A stretch of DNA of 64,000 nt, taken from the NCBI RefSeq assembly GCF_022045235.1, contig NW_027266341.1, positions 4,898,001 through 4,962,000 on the forward strand. Reading direction: 5' to 3'. A program made the translations under genes and the position numbers. This document shows, piece by piece, positions 1 through 13,300 of this stretch. Below the pieces are notes generated by a model. It did not search any database and was not told the DNA's origin. It worked only from the letters and a program-made list of their open reading frames with translations. This DNA is from Haliotis cracherodii. Taxonomy: Eukaryota. Position 1 is the stretch's first letter. Every line of letters starts with the position of its first letter.

Positions 1-140
1 CTCTAGTTATTTTACTGTTCTTTGACGACGGGTTTTATAATAAAATTGAATGTATTATTACTGTCTAACTTGATTTAGTCACGATATGGCTGAAATAATG
101 CCGATGTGACTATAAATATTCACTCACTCACTCACTCACA
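1..140 (+). mobile_element. 3' tail of the same LINE family ending in (TCAC)n, followed by a CA/CG microsatellite
   Basis: cacgatatggctgaaataatgccgatgtgactataaatattcactcactcac matches the reverse complement of 30137-30200. Confidence 0.65.
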
Positions 141-1440
141 TACGTACGCACGCGCGCACACGCACACGCACGCACGCACACTTTATAATCTTGAACGCGA
201 CGTTAAACTCCATTTCACCTTGCTTCACCTCCCGTTATGTACACATTTGGAGGGCATTTTCAAATTGTCAAATTTCAAATGGAAATCGTCGCTAACCAAC
301 GAAGGAACTAACATAGTGATCTATAAGTATATGTTTATTATATAGTCGGTATCGTATTGAAGACTCAGCTTTCAGAAGAGATTTCTTATGATGATGAAAA
401 TGGTTTTCGTCGTTTTATGTCCGTTCCATAATTTGTCTCCTACGTCATGAAAATATTCTTAGGATGTAAGACATAGGACAGATAGACAATATTTGGTTGA
501 TCAGTTTGGATCTAAGAAATATTATATTTGGGATCACATTTTCTTAGTAAAGTACGTAATGGTAGTAGTTTTTTGGGTTGAGTCCCGCCCGGGATTCGAA
601 CCCACACCCTTTGAGTCCCGGATTTGACTCAAAACACAAAAGTACTAGAATTTTTACTCTACTAAGAAAATGTGATCCCAGCTATAACATTTGTTACACA
701 CTTTCTAAAAGGTATTGTATGTCCACCGTTGGGATTATTTGTGTAATCGCTCTCCTTCCTTCCTGTGTCTTAAGAATCCATCACAATATTTAGTTCTACT
801 AAACTGCTGAGTAGATCATGTCAAGTAATTGTTTATGTCTTCAGCTCTTGGAAAACTTCCAAACAAATCGGTCGTAATATATGTAAACTAGTGTTATATT
901 TTATTAATAGTATACAATGTTTTCTTCAGGCCCGACAAACGGACTCGTGTTTGTGGTGTACATTTCCAGAGGCTGTTTGAGAAACGTATTGTAATAAGTG
1001 GCTAAATAATTAGCAAATAAGATCAAACGAATATTTACACGATGCACTTCGAAACCATTGCATTCAGCTGACAGGCGGGTAAGAGATGAGGGTGATGTTG
1101 CACCGCTATTAGCGAGAAGGAAAATCGAGTGCATGCTGATCAAATGACCCGGGCAATAATGTAACGCTTTGAGCATGCTTCAGGGTGTGGATTTGGCGCA
1201 TTATAGATATCCACAATATAAACAGTCGAATACCAAAATACCATGGCGGGGGACCAGAAATGGCCATCTAGTGATGTATCCATGTGGAGATTCGAACCCT
1301 GGGCCTTCGGCGTGACAAGTGAATGGCGATTGCTTAAATCACTACATCTCAAAGTTGTGTCCAGGTATACACGTGCATAGAAACTATGACCTGTTCTACC
1401 AAATAATGATAACACTATTTTTGGTGTTTTCACCGAGTTG

Positions 1441-1680
1441 GTTGCTTTTGTTGTTTTACGCCGCACTCAGCAATATTCCAGCTATATGACGGCGGTCTGT
1501 GAATAATCGAGTCTGGACCAGACAATTAAGTGATTAATGTCATGAGCATCGATCCACGCAATTGGGATCGATGACATGCATCAATCAAGTCAGCGAGCCT
1601 GACCACCCGATCCCGTTACTCGCCTTTTACGACAAGCATGGGTTGCTGAAGACCTATTCTACCCCGGAATCTTCACGGGT
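1441..1680 (-). mobile_element. SINE family A (non-tRNA structured head, AAC-type tail)
   Basis: High similarity to 5466-5728 and 11998-12268; TSD tcaccgagt. Confidence 0.85.
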
Positions 1681-2956
1681 CACCGAGTCCTGGACAAGGG
1701 AGACTGATGCCAGCTGTTATGGATTACCGTCGTCACATAGATCTTGACTGACTGCAGGCCAGCTCTCATCAGCTTCACACTTCTATAATTGATGATATCT
1801 TTAACGTCAACACCACGACAGGGACTTGAACGCCACTTACTGTTTCTACTGGCCGTGACAAAACCAGTCAGCGAAATGTGCCAAACATGTTAGACGGGCG
1901 TGACAAGTGTGAAGGGTTACAACACGCAACAACCGATTACAACATACAACGTCACCATCATGCTGCCAGCTTCCTGGATCCTTTCTTCGGCATAAATAAA
2001 ACGATATAACAGTTTAACACAATCTGACAGACGGTATACCTCTGGATGGGCTTATTCCATCATGCCAAAGGAAGCAGCAAGCTTTCAGAAAACGCATGAG
2101 AAATGTCCATATTGTTTACATATTCGTTAACTTTCATTCCTTTGTTATGGAGTCGCTATATGACTGAAATAAAGCCGATGCGACGGTAAATGTTAACTCA
2201 CTCACTCTTTGTTGTTGTTTGGTTTCTGTAGGACTATATGATGAACTGTTCATTGATGACTGGTTCTGTGGAAGGGCAAGTAACCCAGTCTCCTGATGTA
2301 TTTCAATTCTCTGCGCACAGTTAAGTGCTTCAGGACCGATGGTGGGTTCGAATCCCATAAGCGACTTGATAATGTTTCTAGGTTTGTCGGCACCATACCA
2401 GTGCTCGTGAGTTTCAGCAAAGTGGTACTTTCCTCCTACATCAAGAAGACACACAGTGATATATCTGGAATATTGTTCAAAGCCGCGTTCATCCAAACTC
2501 ACCCTAGCTGTGTGCTGTTCGCTTTGATCAAAGGCCGTTTCCTTTTTTCACGTTAGGATAATCAATTTCAAACAGATCTTACTTCTTAAACGAGTAACAA
2601 GTATCTCATGCAGGGCAAAAACCAGCATTCCATTAACACCAATTGTGTCTTCATGTACTTGACCCGGAACACAGGCTATATGGATATTCCACTCACAAAG
2701 AGCTTTGACTTTCATCTTCCGCTGTCTTAGCATTATTTTGTTCTCGTTCTTTTGTTGTCATATAGTAATTACATTGTTCATCTAGTAATTACTATTTTAT
2801 AGAGTGTGCGGAAACAGAATTAAGTAGTGATGATTCGTTTTAAGGAGTAGACTATTAACACACAATTCGATTTAGAAAATGGTCAAACGTAACAAATGTT
2901 ATATTTGGGATAACACTTGGAAAAGATTCTGGTTCTTTTGGGGTTGAGTCCCATCC

Positions 2957-3275
2957 GGTATTCGACGTAATAAGCGCCCATGGCGATATTTGCTAATATA
3001 TTGGCCAGTGCACAATGACAATTAGCACCCCTTCCGATTGACCAATGTACACAAGACTTATTTATTCATGTATTATATGAACTGAATGTGTTAAATGTGC
3101 CCTTAATTATGGGCAATTAAATTCTGGAAAAAATATATCTGTCGTATATAAACATTTCAGGGTGTCAGCATAGACCACAAAATTTACGTTCACCATTTAC
3201 CAAATTAATATTCTAATAAGAGCTCTTATTTCTAATTTAGGAGCGCCCTGGGCGCCTATTACGTCGAATACAGTA
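2957..3275. mobile_element. Tc1/mariner-type MITE with damaged left end
   Basis: GTATTCGACGTAATAAGCGCCC vs GGGCGCCTATTACGTCGAATACAG-TA. Confidence 0.7.
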
Positions 3276-3669
3276 TCGGGCATTTCATAGGCATGGTCGT
3301 CGAAGTAATGGTCGGTGATCGTTATTAACAGAAAGATTTGGAATTTTGAGTGATGTTAAAAGGACCTCAGTTGCATTCGGAAGTTTAATTTCCAATGCTA
3401 GGCTGAACCTAATTTAACATATTTGAAAATAGTCTACGTCTGTATTGAAACGAATTAAGACTAAGATACAATTTTCATTTTGAAGCTTCGTGACGTCATA
3501 CACGTATCCATAGCATAGTCCCTTAGAAATAGTACCAACAAATCATACGATGAATAAACAATATATGGTATGAGGATGTATATACAACTTTCAGGAATGA
3601 TATGAAATAGTCGAACAGTAGCGGCCAATTCACGTATGTGGTTGATACACGAAAGGGTAGTTACCATCG

Positions 3670-5460
3670 GTTTATACCAAGGTACAATGCAAGAGTGGGT
3701 ATATAGCCTTACATCTAAACCATGGAGATGTAGTTGTTTTATACCAAGGTACAATGTGATAGTAGTATATAGCCTCACATCTGATATGTGGAGATGAAGT
3801 TTCTATTGGTTTATACCAAGGTACAATATGATAGTTGTATATTTATACCAAGGTACAATGTGATAGTAGTATATAGCCTCACATCTGATATGTGGAGATG
3901 AAGTTTCTATTGGTTTATACCAAGGTACAATATGATAGTTGTATAATTATACCAAGGTACAATGTGATAGTGGTATATTTATACCAAGGTACAATATGAT
4001 AGTGGTATATTTATACCAAGGTACAATATGATAGTTTTATATTTATACCAAGGTACAATGTGATAGTGGTATATTTATACCAAGGTACAATGTGATAGTG
4101 GTATATTTATACCAAGGTACAATATGATAGTGGTATATTATTACCAAGGTACAATGTGATAGTTGTATATTTATACCAAGGTACAATGTGATAGTGGTAT
4201 ATTTATACCAAGGTACAATATGATAGTGGTATATTTATACCAAGGTACAATGTGATAGTGGTATATTTATACCAAGGTACAATGTGATAGTGGTATATTT
4301 ATACCAAGGTACAATATGATAGTGGTATATTTATACCAAGGTACAATGTGATAGTGGTATATTTATACCAAGGTACAATGTGATAGTGGTATATTTATAC
4401 CAAGGTACAATATGATAGTGGTATATTTATACCAAGGTACAATGTGATAGTTGTATATTTATACCAAGGTACAATGTGATAGTGGTATATTTATACCAAG
4501 GTACAATGTGATAGTGGTATATTTATACCAAGGTACAGTGTGATGGTGGTATATTTATACCAAGGTACAGTGTGATAGTAGTATATAGCCTCACATCTGA
4601 TACATGAAGATGTAGTAACTATTGGTTTATACCAAGGAACAATGTGATAGTGGTATATTTATACCAAGGTACAATGTGATAGTAGTATATAGCCTCACAT
4701 CTGATACATGAAGATGTAGTTACATTTGGTTTATGGTGGTATATTTATACCAAGGTACAATGTGATGGTGGTATATTTATACCAAGGTACAATGTGATGG
4801 TGGTATATGTATACCAAGGTACAGTGTGATAGTAGTATATAGCCTCACATCTGATACATGAAGATGTAGTAACTATTGGTTTATACCAAGGAACAATGTG
4901 ATAGTGGTATATTTATACCAAGGTACAATGTGATAGTAGTATATAGCCTCACATCTGATACATGAAGATGTAGTAACTATTGGTTTATACCAAGGAACAA
5001 TGTGATAGTGGTATATTTATACCAAGGTACAATGTGATAGTAGTATATAGCCCCACATCTGATACATGAAGATGTAGTTACTATTGGTTTATACCAAGGT
5101 ACAATGTGATGGTGGTATATTTATACCAAGGTACAGTGTGATAGTAGTATATAGCCTCACATCTGATACATGAAGATGTAGTTACTATTGGTTTATACCA
5201 AGGTACAATGTGATGGTGGTATATTTATACCAAGGTACAGTGTGATAGTAGTATATAGCCTCACATCTGATACATGGAGATGTAGCTATTAACATTTTAT
5301 ACCAAGGTACAACGTGATAGTGGTATATTTCTACTAAGGTACAATGTGATAGTTGCATATAGCCTCACATCTGATACACGAAGTCATAATTACTGTTGTT
5401 TTATACAAGGTAACGATAATTAACATCACATCTGATACACGGAGATGTATTTGTTTTACA
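3670..5460. repeat. Minisatellite, 32-bp unit TTATACCAAGGTACAATGTGATAGTGGTATAT plus 72-bp long form (104-bp higher-order unit)
   Basis: Direct periodicity. Confidence 0.95.
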
Positions 5461-5465
5461 CCAAG

Positions 5466-5728
5466 GTTGGTTGGTTTGTTGTTGAACGCCGCTCTCAGCA
5501 ATATTCCAGCTTTATGACGGCGGTCTGTAAATAATCGAGTCTGGACCAGACAATCCAGTGATTAATATCATGAGCATCGATCCACGCAATTGGGATCGAT
5601 AACGTGCATCAACCAAGTCAGCGAGCCTGACCACCCGATCCCGTAAGTCGCCTCTTACGACAAGCATAGTCACATTTTACGGCAAGCATAGGTTGCTGAA
5701 GACCTATTCTACCCCGGATCTTCACGGG
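5466..5728 (-). mobile_element. SINE family A, variant with duplicated head hairpin
   Basis: Matches other copies; TSD ttttacaccRagg. Confidence 0.88.
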
Positions 5729-7439
5729 CCCTTTTTACACCGAGGTATAATGTATGTCAGTAATTGAAATCTGGAAATACTGCATAAATGTACACGTACG
5801 ATCATTCAAGATTTGGAAGCACCTCAGATGTATATGCACGCCTTGGAAACGCCATATATGTCCATTAGTGACATGGAGAACATCCCAATGAAATGGTCTT
5901 TTAATTTGGTTAACACTAATTTTTTCAGCCATATTTCAAAGCTGTTTCATGATTTACCAATATGTCTCCGATCAATATATCCTCTTTCTCTGTGGAAATT
6001 TAATATTTTCATTAGCTCCGACCGTAACTGTGGCGTTATTAAAATGCATAATTTGCAAACAATCAATACTCAGGATTCATGTGATAGTTCATATGCAGTT
6101 ATGGTATTTCCATGTACGTCTCTGATTTGTCGTTGTCAGGCTTAACTCGCCCTGCTTCTCGATTTTTATAAGTTGACTTGCAGCTACAGACTGACGCATA
6201 CACTGTTCATTACTTCAGAGAGCGCATCTGTAACTTGAGCGATCAGAAGCATGTTTAGCCGTCATGGTGTACGATGTTATATGCGGTGTTAATTCTGGCA
6301 TCCCCCGAGATGTTAGGGCGAGCTCAATCAATACAATATCATATAAGGGCCTCTATGCAATGGGCATATGTCGTGACTCATTATGAATTCATTATGAAAT
6401 ATAACAGTTCTTGGGTACAACTAATTTTGTCCATTGTCAAAATTGCTAGCGACTTTATTAGATTTATCGGATTCAGGTTGCCATAGATAATATTGTATTG
6501 GCGATTACATCAGCTGCCTTTCCTAGACACTGTATGGTTTGTTTGGTATGTTGTTTAACATCCATGTGACGGCCTAGACACTGTAACTATTTTATGGCGA
6601 ATATGAGTCGCAACAACATATTTTATAGTATAATCGTCAACTTTTATGTTTTACAGGAAGGTTTCATCGTGACGCATGGTTAAACTATCAGAAGTGAGTG
6701 AGTGAGTGACTAAGGTTTTTATTCCGCTTTCAGCAATATTTAGAACTACTTCACAGCGCTAGAAATGGGCTTCACACAGCGTACCCATGTGGGGAATACA
6801 ACACGGGTCCCCAGAGAGGTACATGAAGACTTCCTGGTTTCCATCCATTTGTATAGAGTACTACTATGTATGTTCATCAGTCACTGTCGCTGCCACTCTG
6901 TCAGATTTAGTACATTAGATGATAGTGTTGGCAATTATAGGGTGGATCTGTTGCCCTTCCTAGTCACTGGGCAGGAATTAAGAATGTAGATATCTTTTAG
7001 TTTATAATGCTGACATTTTTTACAAAAATAAGGGAGATTCGTGAATTCTGCATTACAGAAGGTGGTAAGATGGCGTTGTTTGGGGCTATATTGCGACTCT
7101 ATGTGTTTGTACGTGTAAGCGGGCATGCGTGTGTGTGTTGTTGTTGTTTTTTTGTTTAACGCCGCAGTCAGCAATAGTCCAGCTATATAAAGGCGGTCTG
7201 TAAATACTAGTACTCGAGTTCAGTGATTGATATCATGAGCATCGATCTACGCAAATGGGATACGATGACATGAAAAATATTTTGTAAGAAGAAACAGACA
7301 GGCCTGACACACCGGGTTTAAAATGACGTGCCGAAACCCGAGAAACATTTCATCACAACGCTTTATGAAGGCAGCACAAAACACATACGGAATATCATCC
7401 AGTATCCTAGATATGCATTTCGACCATATACATGTTTAC

Positions 7440-9112
7440 TTGAAGCCTGTGATGGTACATTTTAGTTAACTCCTCTTCAATCTTCTATCTTAACATGAAG
7501 CCTATGATGGTACATTTCAGTAAACTCCTCTTCAATCTTCTATTAACTATCAGTACATGAAGCTTATGATGGTACATTTCAGTTAACTCCTCTTCAATCT
7601 TCCATTTACTATCAGTGCATGAAGCCTTTGATGGTACATTTCAGTTAACTCCTCTTCAATCTTCCATTTACTATCAGTGCATGAAGCCTATGATGGTACA
7701 TTTTAGTTACCTCTTCTTCAATCTTCCATTTACTATCAGTGCATGAAGCCTATGATGGTACATTTTAGTTAACTCCACTTCAATCTTCTATCTTAACATG
7801 AAGCCTATGATGGTACATTTTAGTTAACTCCACTTCAATCTTCTATCTTAACATGAAGCCTATGATGGTACATTTTAGTTAACTCCACTTCAATCTTCTA
7901 TCTTAACATGAAGCCTATGATGGTACATTTTAGTTAACTCCACTTCAATCTTCTATCTTAACATGAAGCCTATGATGGTACATTTTAGTTAACTCCACTT
8001 CAATCTTCTATCTTAACATGAAGCCTATGATGGTACATTTTAGTTAACTCCACTTCAATCTTCTATCTTTACATGAAGCCTATGATGGTACATTTTAGTT
8101 AACTCCACTTCAATCTTCTATCTTTACATGAAGCCTATGATGGTACATTTCAGTTGACTCCTCTTCAATCTTCTATAAACTATCAGTGCATGAAGCCTTT
8201 GATGGTACATTTCAGTTAACTCCTCTTCAATCGTCCATAAACTATCAGTACATGAAGCCTATGATGGTACATTTTAGTTAACTCCACTTCAATCTTCTAT
8301 CTTTACATGAAGCCTATGATGGTACATTTTAGTTAACTCCACTTCAATCTTCTATCTTTACATGAAGCCTATGATGGTACATTTTAGTTAACTCCACTTC
8401 AATCTTCTATCTTTACATGAAGCCTATGATGGTACATTTCAGTTAACTCCTCTTCAATCTTCTATAAACTATCAGTACATGAAGCCTATGGTGGTACATT
8501 TCAGTTAACTCCTCTCCAATCTTCCATAAACTATCAGTACATGAAGCCTATGATTGTACATTTCAGTTAACTCCTCTTCAATCTTCTATCTTTACATGAA
8601 GCCTATGATGGTACATTTTAGTTAACTCCACTTCAATCTTCTATCTTTACATGAAGCCTATGATGGTACATTTTAGTTAACTCTTCTTCAATCTTCTATA
8701 ATTTATCAGTACATGAAGCCTTTGATGGTACATTTCAGTTAACTCCTCTTCAATCTTCTATCTTTACATGAGGCTTATGATGGTACATTTCAGTTAACTC
8801 TTCTTCAATCTTCTATCTTTACATGAAGCCTATGATGGTACATTTCAGTTAACTCCTCTTCAATCTTCTATCTTTACATGAGGCCTATGATGGTACATTT
8901 CAGTTAACTCCTCTTTAATCTTCTATCTTTACATGAAGCCTATGATGGTACATTTTAGTTAACTCCTCTTCAATCTTCTATAAACTATCAGTGCATGAGG
9001 CCTATGATGGTACATTTCAGTTAACTCCTCTTCAATCTTCTATCTTTACATGAAGCCTATGATGGTACATTTCAGTTAACTCCTCTTCAATCTTCTATAA
9101 ACAATCAGTGCC
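7440..9112. repeat. Minisatellite, 55/62-bp units (CATGAAGCCTATGATGGTACATTTTAGTTAACTCC...)
   Basis: Direct periodicity. Confidence 0.95.
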
Positions 9113-9527
9113 TGAGGCCTCAATTTACCGCTCATTGCAGATGATACAAGACGACAGAAGGCACTTCCAACCATAAATCCTGAAGAGTAAATCCAATTAT
9201 CATACATATAAATTAATCTATCAGGAAAGGAGATGTATTGATAACCGATCTTTACTGGTCATTGGAGGAACTGTATTTGTATCGATCATGTGGACTAGGT
9301 CTTGCTGACTTGTGGATACCGCCAAGCTATTGATTGCTAGCTGATGTACAGGGCTTGACACAATAATAATTCTGCGGACAGATGTGTGTTTGTACTTCAA
9401 ATGTCAATGCTTGTTATGTTTGTTTGTTTTGTTGTTTAACCCGGATTTAGCAACATTTAAGCTATATGATGGCGGTCTGTAAATGATCGAGCCAGACATT
9501 CATTGACTGGAAGCATTAGCATCGGGT

Positions 9528-9585
9528 CGTGTGTGTGTGTGTGTGTGGGAGGGGGGGGGGGGGGGGGGGGGGGGAGAGGGGGGGA
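9528..9585. repeat. (GT)n plus poly-G tract
   Basis: Seen directly. Confidence 0.9.
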
Positions 9586-11997
9586 TACGTGTCTGTACAC
9601 ATTATACTGATACATTAATGCAGAGGCCAGGCGGGGTAACAACGAGTTCATGTTGAGGATTTAACCTGTGCTTGCTGTGCTAAATAAATATAGATGAACA
9701 TATGACCATGATAGATAGCCCTTGGGTGATAAGCATATAACTCTTAAGAACAGATCACTGATGAATAGACATTTGATATTATCATATAATTAATTACAGA
9801 TCAAGGCCACATTCGAGTCACATATTCATATCATGAATCAATTCCGCATATAATATAGAAGAATGCCGCTTGGGAGGAACCACTGTCACATACTGTTCAT
9901 TTAGGACAACACTGACTTAACCAATATACTAAGGTTTGTGTTTTTGAACTATACTGAACAAAACAATTGGTATATCTTTTATGAAATTGTCGCACCCGGT
10001 CTTCACTATTTCACTGTTTGTTTGTTCATTGTAAAAAGGCGTATGATGAAACATGCAGCTCATTTAGTATTTACTACAGGGCGTGTCCAAGTCATCTTGA
10101 TATGATGAAGAAAGAGTTCTTAAAAAGCTACAAAGCAAGACAATATGAACACCAAATGGCAATATCACAGTACCTACAGACGCATTCTATATGGGCACAG
10201 TATTCGGGAGAATTGGTTACTGGAGCTAAACATATATTGTATTTTGGGGGGGATTATTATCGCTACCATCTGCTCAAATATGACAAACAATGGTAAATGA
10301 TCAAATATTGAATAGTTTGACCACGTTTTCACAAAAAACGGAAATTTATACAAACAATTTAACTTACAGACCAAAACCTCAACTTAGATGTCTGACTCCA
10401 CTTTGGTTTTAAACATATCATGGACATTCTTCATTAATAGTATCTTGTGTTCAAGAAATAACACTAATACACTGACGCTCATCTTCGACTGTAGATATGT
10501 GAAAATTACATCAATTCCTTCAAATGTATACAAAACGTCAACGCCAGATAACAATAAGTATTTTTTTTTTAACGAAACAGAAAACACAATAGAGCGGTGA
10601 AAATGATTTGAATGGACCACTGAAAATCACCAGGTGTTCGCGAAAAGGGAAAACAATTCTATCTTTTGATATTGCATGTGCTCAATCAAACAAGGCTACA
10701 TGAGTTATCTCCCCTAGTCTGGAGAAGCACAAATGGTCGCATCCAATTCGTTTACTTTTGTTCAGTTTTAACAGTTTATTGACTCAACAAAACAGGATTG
10801 GACAAAAGGGATCACATACGAGATCTTCTCCTTATTGTAATATCAAGACATTGGCATAAATGAAATGTACATGTTTGGCTTCATCTCATAACTCTCAAAT
10901 ATGTGCAACTGTGCACAATATGGAACTGATATGTAACAATTTGAAAGCTATAGCAGTGATAATTTACAAATTCGTATTTGTTAAAATAACAAATGTAACA
11001 TTATGTCTGCAGCCAGCAACGTGTCACTTCTTTTAATGATTTAATCTGAGAAAATATTGTCTTCAATTATCTTTTTCTATTCTTTGCCGAATTCAATCAG
11101 TATTTCAAACCACGAGAGACATTGTGTCATGCCAAGAGTCCTTGGGGAAGAAAAACAGATCCTCACAGCCGTCGTTCCACTGGGATACAAGACAAAATGT
11201 AGTACACGAAGGATGCGGGGTGACTTGTGACTTGTCTATCGGAGCAATCTGACACTTATGATGGGAGCTAAATGGGTTTACTCCCAGGGCATTTGAATAA
11301 TTGAATCTTATGATGCATTGAAAGAAGTGCGTATGATATATCTGATAAATCCTCAACACGGGCTTCCACAACTAGTAAAGATCAAAATTGAGTAGGTTTG
11401 GTTGAACGTCGCTTTCAACAGTATTCAAGTTATATCATGGCGTATCGGCTTGATGAGGATGGAAAGCCTCAAGTGATGCATGTCTTAGAGTTTACCGCTT
11501 TGGCAAATCCCACTGGTATAGTGCTGGGGAACCAAGAAACATAATGAGGAAGAACTGGGATTCGAACTCACTATCGACCATCAGAGCAGGCATAAGGGAG
11601 GTAACTCTGCACAACGATGTCCGGAGCCTAACACGACTAGGACACCCGTATCTGCGTAAAGATAAAAATACGTGTATATATGTATATGTGCTAGTGTGTA
11701 CATGCGTACACGTATAAACAGATCCAAACCACTTGCGCCATACACTAGCAGTGTTGTTTATTTTGTTCTGTGTTTGTTTGTTTGTTTATTTGTTTGTTTC
11801 ATTGATTGTTTGTTGGTTAACCCTTCACTGATCAATATTACAGCTATATGACGGCGATCTGTAAAGAAATCCAGTTTGGACCAGACAATCTAGTGATTGA
11901 CATCATGAACAATAGGGATAAAATTTACCTGGGAAAAGAGCCTGACGACCCAATCCCATTAATCGTGTTTTACAACAAACATCTTACAACAAACATG

Positions 11998-12268
11998 ACC
12001 CTCGAAGATCCGGTGTAAAATAGGTCTTCAGCAACCCATGCTTGCCGTAAAAGGCGACTATGCTTGTCGTAAGAGGCGACTAACGGGATCGGGTGGTCAG
12101 GCTCGCTGACTTAGTTGAAGCATGTCATCGATCCCAATTGCGTGGATCGATGCTTATGATATTAATCACTGGATTGTCTGGTTCAGACTCGATTATTTAC
12201 AGACCGCTGTCAAACAGCTGGAGTATTGCTGAGAGCGGCGTTAAACAACAAACCAACCAACCAACCAA
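11998..12268 (+). mobile_element. SINE family A nested antisense in an older family A copy (~11790-12318)
   Basis: 13-bp TSD tacaacaaacatg at 11985-11997 and 12269-12281. Confidence 0.88.
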
Positions 12269-13009
12269 TACAACAAACATGGGTTGCTAAAAAATCAGTT
12301 CTACCCGGATCTTCACGAGTGAGTGAGTGAGTGAACAAACTTTCTTCGCATCGGCATTGTTTCCGGCAAAGAGAGACCTGTCAGGTCTATGCACTGATTT
12401 GGTCAAATGAGAGCTCTTGTGTTTACTACATCTACTTTATTTTGATCTTCAGCTCAAGTCTCAAGACTGACATACGACACTGAGCATTGCTGTTCATGTG
12501 TAATGGTACTTCTGATTCTGGTCTAACGTGTTCACTGTCTGGTGTTCCTGAATAAGCCCAGGGGCGTGTGATGTTTATGTGTATCTACATCAGATGTGCA
12601 GTCACGTTTCTGCCAATCGACAGGAACCCGGATAATATCCTGACGGGCAAACGTATCAAACACAGAGCTGTATAGGCCATCATTTCAGCAATTCAAGCTC
12701 GCTGTGCTCCTATTACAACATTGTTGTGCTTATCGAGTCACAATATTATGCGCATGTAATTTAACGTCTATTTCTTCAAAGGCAGCAATTGCCGAACTGT
12801 TGGAATTTAACTTGCTACGTACAACCCGCGATTTTGAATCTCGAATTAATGATGTAAGACGCCATACATACTGACATACCTCGAATTCAATAGATCTAGG
12901 GGAATAACATTTTCCTGTCGACTGCTATAAAAGCCTAACTGTGGTATTCCTACCTATCAGGACCGAGGCATACATTCGTAAGACATACCTGCGATATATT
13001 TAGGTGTTC

Positions 13010-13300
13010 GGGGGCACGGGTGGCCCAGTCGTCAGAGGCGCCGCGATTCGCTGTGCAGAGTTGCGTCCCTTGGGCACGCCAGAAACCTAAGATTGGGGGT
13101 TCGAATCCCGGTTCGCCCCGATTATGTTTCTAGGTTTGTCAGCACCATACCCGTGCTCGTGGGTTTCACCGAAGTGGTAAACGTCTGAGACCTGCATCAC
13201 TTCGGGCTTTCCTTCCACATAAAGCTGACACGCTGTGATATAACTGGCATACTGTTAAATGGGCGTTAAACCCAACTCACTCACTCACTCACTCACTCAC
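13010..13300 (+). mobile_element. SINE family C (tRNA-type head, V-domain-like CTTCGGGCTTTCCTYCCAC core, TCAC tail)
   Basis: B box GGTTCGAATCC; TSD tatttaggtgt. Confidence 0.88.

Noticed and set aside
2230-9190. Possible plus-strand mini-exons at ~2230-2273, 6657-6693 and 9141-9186
   Set aside because: Acceptors look plausible, but one donor is GC, another comes from a SINE tail, and no convincing joint reading frame emerges
10018-10620. 92-aa and 70-aa ORFs
   Set aside because: No recognisable domain and no supporting splice structure
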